64,000 bases of DNA, taken from the NCBI GenBank assembly GCA_044225365.1, contig JBGAIQ010000008.1, positions 32,001 to 96,000 on the forward strand, read 5' to 3'. Positions 1-7,621 of this stretch are shown piece by piece. A model generated the notes under the pieces. That model did not search any database. It was not told where the DNA came from and saw only the letters and a list, made by a program, of their open reading frames with translations. The stretch comes from Planctomycetota bacterium (GTDB lineage: Bacteria > Planctomycetota > B15-G4 > JADJEK01). The position numbers and the translations under genes were made by a program. Numbering within the stretch: position 1 is the stretch's first letter; every line of letters begins with the position of its first letter.

Positions 1-12
1 AGTTCGCATCCG

Positions 13-3000
13 ATGCGCGAACGAGTGCCTGCCTCCATCGTCATGGCGTTCTTCTCCTTCCCCGTCGTCGTGGCGTGCACCGGCCTCGCGGGAGAGCGCG
101 TCGCCGCGGACGCACAGCCGCGACTCGGGAAGGATCCGGCGACATCCGGAGAAACGCTGCTCCTCCAGGATCCCGCGCTCGGACCGCAGAGCGTCGTGTT
201 CGTGTACGCGCAGGACCTCTGGGTCGCGCCGCGAGCGGGCGGCACGGCGCGCCGACTCACGAGCAGTCCAGGCACCGAGAGCCATCCGCGGATCTCGCCC
301 GACGGCAAACTCGTCGCGTTCACCGGTCAATACGAGGGCAACAGCGACGTCTATGTCATCCCGACGGAAGGCGGTGCGCCGCGCCGGCTCACCTGGCACC
401 CCGGAGTCGATCGAGTCGTCGATTGGAATCCGGACGGCAAGAGCGTCCTGTTCGCGAGCAGCCGTGAATCAGGCGCGCCGGTCGATCACCTGTTCCTCGT
501 CGACGTCGACGGCGGACCCGAGCGAGCGCTCCCCGTTCCGCGGGTGTACCACGCGACGTACGCCGCCGATGGCGCGCACATCGCCTACACCGTGATCGCG
601 GACGCGTTCCGCACCTGGAAGCGCTACCGCGGCGGCACCATGGGCCCGATCTGGATCCTCGATCTGAAGACGCTCGACGTCGAGGAAGTCCCGCACGAGC
701 GCGCGAGCGACACCTTCCCCTGCTTCGCCGGGGATTCGCTCTTCTTCGCATCCGATCGCGACCTCCACATGAACGTGTGGCGCTACGCCCGCGACACCAA
801 GAAGGTCACTCAGGTCACCCACTTCACCGATTACGACGTGCGCAACATGACCTCCGACGGGAGCTCGGTCGTCTTCGAGCAGGGCGGACGCCTCCACCTC
901 CTCGATCCGAAGTCGAACGCCGTGACGACACTCCACATCACGGTTCCGAACGACGGGCTCTACGCGGTCCCGCGCTGGGAGGACGCCAAGGGCTCGATCC
1001 GCAACGCCGAGATCGCACCGAATGGCAAGCGCGCGGTCTTCGAGGCGCGGGGCGAGATCGTCACCGTTCCGAAGGAGCACGGCGATACCCGCAATCTCAC
1101 GCAGTCCCCCGGAGTGCACGACCGCGATCCCGAATGGAGTCCCGACGGCAAGTCGATCGCATGGTTCTCCGACGCGAGCGGAGAATATCAGCTCCTGATC
1201 GCCGATCAGCTCGGGCGGGAGGCGCCGCGCGCGTTCCCGATTCCGGGCGGAGCCGGGTTCTACCGCAATCCGACGTGGAGCCCGGACAGCAAGAAGATCG
1301 CATTCCTCGACAAGGCGGGACGACTCGCATACCTCTCGCCCGAGAATGGCGCCCTCACGGAAATCGCGCGACTCGCGGGCAGCCTCGGCGAAGTGCAGAG
1401 CTCGATCGCCTGGTCGCCCGATTCGAAGTGGATCGCGTACGAGGCTCCGGACGCGAAGACGCTCTACGCGCGCATCGCGTTGTTCGACGTCGGAAGCGGC
1501 AAGAGCACCGTGCTCACGGACGCGTTCGGCGACTGCGGATCGCCCGTCTTCTCGCGCGACATGAAGCACCTGTTCTTCACCGCGTCGATCCAGTCCGGCC
1601 CGACGCAGTTCGGACTCAACATGAACGCCGGCGCTCACCGCGACGGCGAGAACTCGATCTACGTCGCCGTGCTCCAGAAGAGCGGCAAGAATCCGCTCTT
1701 CCCGAAGAGCGACGAAGGCGTTCCGAGCGAAGACGACAAGAAGGGAAAGGGCGACCCGAACGACGCCCCGAAAGATGGGTCGAAAGATGGCCCGAAGGAC
1801 GCGGTCAAGCCCGCCGACGGCGCGGCGCCCGAAGGGGCGAAGGAGCCCGCGAAGAAGGACGGAGAGAAAGACGCGAAGAAGAAGGACCTGCCCGCGCTCG
1901 ATCTCGACGGGCTCGATCAGCGCATCCTCGCGCTCCCGCTCCCTTCATCCCGCTACCGCAGGCTCGCGACGACGAAGGACAAGCTCCTCTTCATCGAGAG
2001 CGGCGACGGATCGGGCGGCAGCGACCTCAAGGCCTTCGACTTCGATTCGAAGAAGGCGGAGACGATCGTTGCGAAGGCCGGCTCCGTGAAGGTTTCGGCG
2101 GATGGCGAATCGCTCCTCGTCGGAGTCGCTGGTTCGTATCAGATCACGAACGCGTCGGGCAAGGACGGCAAGACTCTCGCGATCGAAGCGGTGAAGTTGA
2201 AGGTCGATCCCACCGCCGAGTGGCCCGAGATCCTGCGCGATGCGTGGCGGATCGAACGCGACTACTTCTACGATCCGAACATGCACGGCGTCGACTGGCC
2301 CGCGATGTGGGAGCGTTGGTCCGCGTTCCTCCCCCACGTGCGCCATCGCGACGATCTGAATCTCCTCATCTCCGAGATGATCGGTGAGCTGTGCTGCGGA
2401 CACGAGTACGTGTCGGGTGGCGAATCTCCGAGCGCGCCGGATGGAGTATCGGTCGGCCTCCTCGGTTGCGATGTGACGATCGATCAGGGTCGCTTCAAGA
2501 TCACGAAGATCTATCGCGGGCAGAACTGGAACGTCGGACTGCGCGCGCCACTCTGCGAGCCCGGCGTCGATGCTCACGTCGGTGACTACATCGTCCGCGT
2601 GAACGGCGTCGACCTCACCGCCGACCAGAACTTCTTCCGCGCGTTCGAGAACACCGCGAATCGACAAGTCGATCTCGAACTCTCCGCGAAGGCGGACGGC
2701 AGTGATCCCCGCAAGATGAAGGTCGTGCCGCTCGGCAACGAAGCGAGCCTGCGTCGCATGGCGTGGGTCGAGCAGAACCGCAAGCGGGTCGACGAACTCT
2801 CGGGTGGGAAACTCGCGTACGTCTACATGCCGAACACGGGCGATCAGGGCGAAGCCGCGTTCGATCGCGACTTCTACAGTCAGATCGACAAGGCCGGACT
2901 CGTGCTCGACGAACGCTTCAACGGCGGCGGCAAAGTAGCGGACTACGTCATCGACGTGCTCGAGCGCAAGCGCCGCTGCCTGTGGATGACGCGCGAAGCG

Positions 3001-3408
3001 TGGCTCGGTCAGACGCCGTACGGAATCATCGATGGTCCGAAGGTGATGATCATCAACGAGCGCGCGGGCTCGGGCGGCGACTGCATGCCGTGGATGTTCC
3101 AGAACGCAAAGATCGGCAAGCTCGTCGGAACGCGAACCTGGGGCGGGCTCGTCGGCATCTCGGCCTATCCGCCCCTCATGGATGGCGGCTCGGTGACGGC
3201 TGCGAGCTTCGGTGTGATGGACGTGAACGGCGACTGGGCCGTCGAGAACGAGGGCGTCACGCCCGACTTCCCGGTCGTCGAGTATCCGAAGGACATCGAG
3301 GCCGGTCGCGATCCCCAGCTCGAGAAGGCGGTCGAGGTCGCACTCGCGGAGCTGGCCTCGCTCCCCGCCCCGAAGGTCCACGGCTACAAGCCGCCGAAGA
3401 AGCGCTGA
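13..3408 (+). CDS. Tricorn protease homolog (peptidase S41; beta-propellers + PDZ + catalytic domain)
   Basis: PD40-like repeats (SPDGK, WSPDGK), RDYFYDPNMHGVDW, LDERFNGGG, catalytic AGSGGD, GTRTWGG, ENEGVTPD, DPQLEKAV. N-terminal signal with a possible lipobox (VVVAC). Start is close to the window edge. Confidence 0.93.
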   Translation: MRERVPASIVMAFFSFPVVVACTGLAGERVAADAQPRLGKDPATSGETLLLQDPALGPQSVVFVYAQDLWVAPRAGGTARRLTSSPGTESHPRISPDGKLVAFTGQYEGNSDVYVIPTEGGAPRRLTWHPGVDRVVDWNPDGKSVLFASSRESGAPVDHLFLVDVDGGPERALPVPRVYHATYAADGAHIAYTVIADAFRTWKRYRGGTMGPIWILDLKTLDVEEVPHERASDTFPCFAGDSLFFASDRDLHMNVWRYARDTKKVTQVTHFTDYDVRNMTSDGSSVVFEQGGRLHLLDPKSNAVTTLHITVPNDGLYAVPRWEDAKGSIRNAEIAPNGKRAVFEARGEIVTVPKEHGDTRNLTQSPGVHDRDPEWSPDGKSIAWFSDASGEYQLLIADQLGREAPRAFPIPGGAGFYRNPTWSPDSKKIAFLDKAGRLAYLSPENGALTEIARLAGSLGEVQSSIAWSPDSKWIAYEAPDAKTLYARIALFDVGSGKSTVLTDAFGDCGSPVFSRDMKHLFFTASIQSGPTQFGLNMNAGAHRDGENSIYVAVLQKSGKNPLFPKSDEGVPSEDDKKGKGDPNDAPKDGSKDGPKDAVKPADGAAPEGAKEPAKKDGEKDAKKKDLPALDLDGLDQRILALPLPSSRYRRLATTKDKLLFIESGDGSGGSDLKAFDFDSKKAETIVAKAGSVKVSADGESLLVGVAGSYQITNASGKDGKTLAIEAVKLKVDPTAEWPEILRDAWRIERDYFYDPNMHGVDWPAMWERWSAFLPHVRHRDDLNLLISEMIGELCCGHEYVSGGESPSAPDGVSVGLLGCDVTIDQGRFKITKIYRGQNWNVGLRAPLCEPGVDAHVGDYIVRVNGVDLTADQNFFRAFENTANRQVDLELSAKADGSDPRKMKVVPLGNEASLRRMAWVEQNRKRVDELSGGKLAYVYMPNTGDQGEAAFDRDFYSQIDKAGLVLDERFNGGGKVADYVIDVLERKRRCLWMTREAWLGQTPYGIIDGPKVMIINERAGSGGDCMPWMFQNAKIGKLVGTRTWGGLVGISAYPPLMDGGSVTAASFGVMDVNGDWAVENEGVTPDFPVVEYPKDIEAGRDPQLEKAVEVALAELASLPAPKVHGYKPPKKR

Positions 3409-3593
3409 TCGTCCGAGGGCGAAGTTCGTGCATTTTTCTCGCGAGACGAATCGCGAGATCGCCGGATGAAGCAGCGTGTCCCGTGAATACCGAGGTCGCT
3501 TCGTGTCGACGAAGCGATCTCGAGAGTTCGTACGAGACGGGAAAACCATTGCCCGGATCCAGCTCTTTGTAACGCCCGTACAAGGAGCTTTCC

Positions 3594-4478
3594 GTGTTCA
3601 ACGCCGCAACGATCCGTTTCGCTTCCATCGCGCTCGCAGTCGTCGCCCTTACTTCGGCCCCTGCGCATGCCGCGAACCCCAACAAACTCGCTCTCGACAA
3701 ATTCACCAAGGACTCGGCCGCGCTGCTGAAGACCTTCAAAGGTCAGTTGAAGCAGGAGCGCAAGCTGCTCGAGCTGGGATTCGTCAGCATCGACGCGAAG
3801 CTCGACAACTCGACGGCGACCACTGCCGACGCGACGCAGATGTTCAATCTGCTCGAAGGCCTTCAGTTCGACACCCGCGGTATGGTCGAGCAGTTCAATA
3901 TCGACGTCGCCGCCGCGCTCGGTTCCGCGATGATGCTGCTCCCCGACCAAGGCGTCGATGCAAAGCTGTGGCCCAAGGGATTCCGCATGGGTGACGGCGG
4001 GTACTCCGACAAGCTCCACGGCAAGGCGGACGCCGCGATCCGCAGCTACTACGCCGCAATCGACAAGCGCTGCCGCCTCATGATCGCGAAGTTCGAGACG
4101 AAGGTGCACCTCGGCATCTGCCTGCGCATCCAGCCTGCGGCCTACATCGTCGAATCCGCCACGGTCCCCGGTGGCGCCGGAATGGCGACCGCGCTCAATC
4201 CCCTCACGATCGACCTCGCGCTCACCGTCAGCAATCTGACGCTCGCCAACGACGGAACGATCCACCTCGGCGGCGGCGGCTTCTCGAACGACAACGCGAT
4301 TCGACTGTTCGTGAACAACCCGAATGGCTCGGGTCTCTTCAACACCTTCACGGTGGGAGCCTCGCATCGCTGGACGCAGACGCTCTCGAGCCGCCCGGAG
4401 GGAACGTTCCAGTTCGACATCGAGCATCAGCAGGGCAACTACGCCGGCGCCGGCATCGCGGCGATCAGCGTGCGCTGA
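3594..4478 (+). CDS. Secreted hypothetical protein (helical N-half, beta-rich C-half)
   Basis: AAGGAG RBS before GTG, signal peptide ending AHA, typical codon usage. Confidence 0.8.
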   Translation: MFNAATIRFASIALAVVALTSAPAHAANPNKLALDKFTKDSAALLKTFKGQLKQERKLLELGFVSIDAKLDNSTATTADATQMFNLLEGLQFDTRGMVEQFNIDVAAALGSAMMLLPDQGVDAKLWPKGFRMGDGGYSDKLHGKADAAIRSYYAAIDKRCRLMIAKFETKVHLGICLRIQPAAYIVESATVPGGAGMATALNPLTIDLALTVSNLTLANDGTIHLGGGGFSNDNAIRLFVNNPNGSGLFNTFTVGASHRWTQTLSSRPEGTFQFDIEHQQGNYAGAGIAAISVR

Positions 4479-4509
4479 GCCATCGGTTCGATTTCCGACG
4501 AACGAAGAA

Positions 4510-4546
4510 CGCCGCCGTCCCGCGAATCCTTCGCGAGACGGCGGCG
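4510..4546. terminator. Stem-loop between convergent genes (probable bidirectional terminator)
   Basis: CGCCGCCGTCCCGCGAA-TCC-TTCGCGAGACGGCGGCG, a 17-bp stem with one mismatch (G-U on the minus strand). No U-tract. Confidence 0.6.
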
Positions 4547-4585
4547 CCGTATTGGGCCCGCCGAATTCGGGCGGCGAGCGATCGA

Positions 4586-6262
4586 TCAGTTCGAAGCGAA
4601 CAACCGAATCTCGAGCCCGGGCGTCGTCGCGAATCCGTTCTTGCCGTCGGTGTCGACGATGAACGCCTGGAGGAAGAGTTCGAAACCGGCGAGCGTCGGC
4701 GTGTTCGGCAGCGCCCACGTCAATGACGTGAAGCCCCCGCCGGCCCCGGTGCCCAGCATCGAGCCGATCGGCAACACGGTGAATGCGAACGATCCCGCGA
4801 GATGGAACGGTAAGCCGGCCACCACGGTATCGGGCGGCGACGCCGCGACGTCGAGCGCAAGGATCGTCGGCGCGCCGCCGAGCGCATCGGCGATTCCGAA
4901 CGTGAACCCAGGATTGCCCAGCATCGGGGGCTCGAGCGCGACGAATCGCGGCGTGAATCCACCGCTGCCGGGTGAACCGAGGCCATACGACTGCGGAACC
5001 TTCGCGCTCTCGGAGTACAGCAGCGGACGATCGAAAGGCGCGACGCCGGCCGCCACCCGGGGGTCCGTGAGCGCGGAGAGGAACGCGACGAGATTGGCCT
5101 TCTGCGTCGGATTCAGATTGAGCGGGTGGATCACCGGATCCTGATTGAGGTGGAAGTCGCCACCGCGGTCGTAGAAGTTCACGACGTCGAGCAACGTCGC
5201 CATCTCGCCGTTGTGGAAGTAGGGACCGCGCAGCGCCACGTTGCGGAGGTTCGGCGTCTTGAACCGGCCATTGTCCCCGGGATTTCCGGTGATCGCGCCG
5301 CGCCCCAAGTCCTCGAAGATCGGGCGGACTCCGTTGTTGTGGAACGCCTGATCGGTCTGCAGCGGTCCGCCGTGACAAGGAACGCACGTCCCGGGTGTCG
5401 TGAAGAGATTGAATCCCGCGAGCTGCTGTGGAGTCAGCGCATTGGGGACGCCGGCGAGGAAGTTGTCGAACGGCGACTGATTCGAGACGAGCGAACGCTC
5501 GTAGGTCGCGATCGCCATCGCGATCCGCGACGGCGTGATCCCGGCGCTGCCGAAGGCTTCGGTGAAGAGGGCCGCGTAGGGCCGTCCGTTGATCCACAGC
5601 GAGAGCGCGGGCGGGATCACGGGGGCGAGCGCGAGAGGCGTCACGCTCGTGATCCGATTCGCGACATCGGTCCAGGTGCGGCTGACCGAACCCATCTCCA
5701 CGTCACTGACGGGCGGGCCGACGCTCTGCGACTCGAGTGCGGCGAGATTCTGCAACACCACGGCGCCCGTCAGCGGATCCGTGAACACGTTGTCCGCGCG
5801 ACCGTCCCAGAACAGTCGCGGCGCGTACGCGGCGTTGATCATCGACGGCGCCTTTCGCGGCGTCACCTGAGGTACGAGGTCGAACGGCGCCTCCTTCACG
5901 AGTGCGCCCGACGCACTGTTCTTCACGACGCCCGGCGAGCCGGTGACGTCGTCGGGAGTTCCGAACAGGGTGTCGAATCCGGGATGCGTGGCGAACGAGC
6001 TGTCCAGGATCGAGCGGGGATCCGAGCCGCCACGCGTCGGGATGTGGCACGTTCCACACGCGACGGTCCGATCGGCGGAGAGCTGCTCGTCCCAGAACAG
6101 GGTCTTTCCCAGGTTGATCTTCGCCGGCGTGATCGGGTTGCCAAGAGGCACGGGCGGAGGCGGGAGCGGTCCGGGCGGCGGCGGCGGCGGCGGCGGTGCC
6201 TGCGAGAAGGCGGTGGCGGATACGAGGGACCAAAGCAGCAGCGAGAGCGTGACACTGCGCAT
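4586..6262 (-). CDS. Di-heme cytochrome c peroxidase/MauG-family protein with the shared C-terminal domain
   Basis: Signal peptide MRSVTLSLLLW..AFS, poly-Pro linker, LGKTLFWD, two CxxCH (CGTCH, CVPCH), FWDGRA, FKTPNLRNV..GPYFHNG. Start placed at ATG 6262. Confidence 0.9.
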   Translation of the reverse strand: MRSVTLSLLLWSLVSATAFSQAPPPPPPPPGPLPPPPVPLGNPITPAKINLGKTLFWDEQLSADRTVACGTCHIPTRGGSDPRSILDSSFATHPGFDTLFGTPDDVTGSPGVVKNSASGALVKEAPFDLVPQVTPRKAPSMINAAYAPRLFWDGRADNVFTDPLTGAVVLQNLAALESQSVGPPVSDVEMGSVSRTWTDVANRITSVTPLALAPVIPPALSLWINGRPYAALFTEAFGSAGITPSRIAMAIATYERSLVSNQSPFDNFLAGVPNALTPQQLAGFNLFTTPGTCVPCHGGPLQTDQAFHNNGVRPIFEDLGRGAITGNPGDNGRFKTPNLRNVALRGPYFHNGEMATLLDVVNFYDRGGDFHLNQDPVIHPLNLNPTQKANLVAFLSALTDPRVAAGVAPFDRPLLYSESAKVPQSYGLGSPGSGGFTPRFVALEPPMLGNPGFTFGIADALGGAPTILALDVAASPPDTVVAGLPFHLAGSFAFTVLPIGSMLGTGAGGGFTSLTWALPNTPTLAGFELFLQAFIVDTDGKNGFATTPGLEIRLFASN

Positions 6263-6405
6263 GCCTGTCTCCGAGAGCGTTCGAGATGGGAGTCGTGCGA
6301 TGCGAGACCCGTCGTCGGTTTCGTCATCGCTCGGCAGTTCGTGCCGATGGCGGACTTGAAACCGCGAGGCCACGCGGGAGTGGCGTGGAAGATCGCCGGA
6401 TTCCC

Positions 6406-6441
6406 GGGAATTTCGAAGGGAATTCCGAGGGGAATTCAGAA
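6406..6441. repeat. Three tandem imperfect 12-bp repeats (GGGAATTyvGAr)
   Basis: GGGAATTTCGAA / GGGAATTCCGAG / GGGAATTCAGAA in the intergenic region upstream of the peroxidase. Confidence 0.75.
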
Positions 6442-6468
6442 GTCCCGGATCGCGAACTCGCATTCTCC

Positions 6469-7515
6469 TCAGTCGACGAGCCCGCGGATCGCCGTGAAGC
6501 GCTCGAGTTCGATGCGGGGAGTCCAATGGTCCTTCGCAGTCGGTTCCTCGCGGCAGAGATCGGTCGTCAGGTACTTCTTGTTCGAGTCCGGGAAGACCGT
6601 GGCGACGACCGCCTCACCGCCCATCGATTCGTTCACCTTCGCCGCACCGAGGAAGTTTGCGCCCGACGAGATGCCGACGGCGAGGCCGAGCCGCTTCGAG
6701 AGCTGCTGCGCCATCTGGATCGAGTCGCCGTCGTCGGCGTCGACGATCGAGTCGAGCTCCGCGAGATTCACGATCGACGGAACGAATTCGTCGGAGATGC
6801 CTTGGATGCGGTGATGGCCCACGCAATGACCCACCCGCAGGGTTGGCGAGTTCGCGGGCTCGAGAGGATGGACGCGCACCTTCCTTCCGCACCGCCGCAG
6901 ATACCTCCCCACTCCCATCACGGTTCCACCGGTGCCGACCCCCGCCACGAAGGCGTCGGCCGCGACCGAGAACGCGTCGAGCTGCGCCGCGATCTCGGGC
7001 CCGGTCGAGGTTGCGTGAGCCTCCACGTTCGCGGGGTTGTCGAATTGTCGCGGGAGGAACACGCGCTCGTTCTCCTTGGCCCACTTCTCGGCGAGTGCGA
7101 TCGCGCCGACGAAGCCTCCCTGTTCCGCGGAGACGGGGATCACGGTCGCGCCGAGGCTCTTCAGGAGGAGCACTCGCTCCTGACTCATCCAGTTCGGCAT
7201 CCAGATCCGAACGTCGCAACCGATCGCCCGCCCGAGCGCCGCGAACGCGATTCCCGTGTTCCCGCTCGAGACCTCCGCGATGGTGGTTCCACGATGCAAC
7301 TCACCGCGGAGGAGCGCCCGGTGCAGGATGAATGCCGCCATCCGGTCCTTCGTGCTCCCCGTCATGTTCTCCTGCTCGTACTTCGCGAAGACTCGCCGCG
7401 GACGACCATCGATTCGGTAGTCGATCCGCAGCAGCGGCGTGGAGCCGATGAGCGGCAGCACGCCATCGAGCAGTTCAGTCGCTCGCGATGCGCGGAGTTC
7501 TTCGAGCTTGGACAT
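6469..7515 (-). CDS. cysK: PLP-dependent cysteine synthase family protein
   Basis: IGSTPL, KYE..N.TGSTKDR (PLP lysine), SSGNTG, QFDNPAN, GVGTGGT, HRIQGI, GISSGAN, FPDS..KY. Confidence 0.88.
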   Translation of the reverse strand: MSKLEELRASRATELLDGVLPLIGSTPLLRIDYRIDGRPRRVFAKYEQENMTGSTKDRMAAFILHRALLRGELHRGTTIAEVSSGNTGIAFAALGRAIGCDVRIWMPNWMSQERVLLLKSLGATVIPVSAEQGGFVGAIALAEKWAKENERVFLPRQFDNPANVEAHATSTGPEIAAQLDAFSVAADAFVAGVGTGGTVMGVGRYLRRCGRKVRVHPLEPANSPTLRVGHCVGHHRIQGISDEFVPSIVNLAELDSIVDADDGDSIQMAQQLSKRLGLAVGISSGANFLGAAKVNESMGGEAVVATVFPDSNKKYLTTDLCREEPTAKDHWTPRIELERFTAIRGLVD

Positions 7516-7621
7516 GCCGCATCTCCCGCGGCGCGCGGTAAGAACGGCGCGCGGGTTTCCCCGCGCGATCGCTGACGGCGCCGCCAGCGCCTCGCGACGC
7601 AAACGCGAAACCGAAAGGTCG

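Noticed and set aside
1720-1890. Lys/Asp/Pro-rich quasi-repeat in the tricorn gene
   Set aside because: A low-complexity linker usual at this position in bacterial tricorn homologues.
6150-6196. (GGC)n microsatellite
   Set aside because: Encodes the in-frame poly-Pro linker of the peroxidase. A triplet unit cannot cause phase variation by frameshift.
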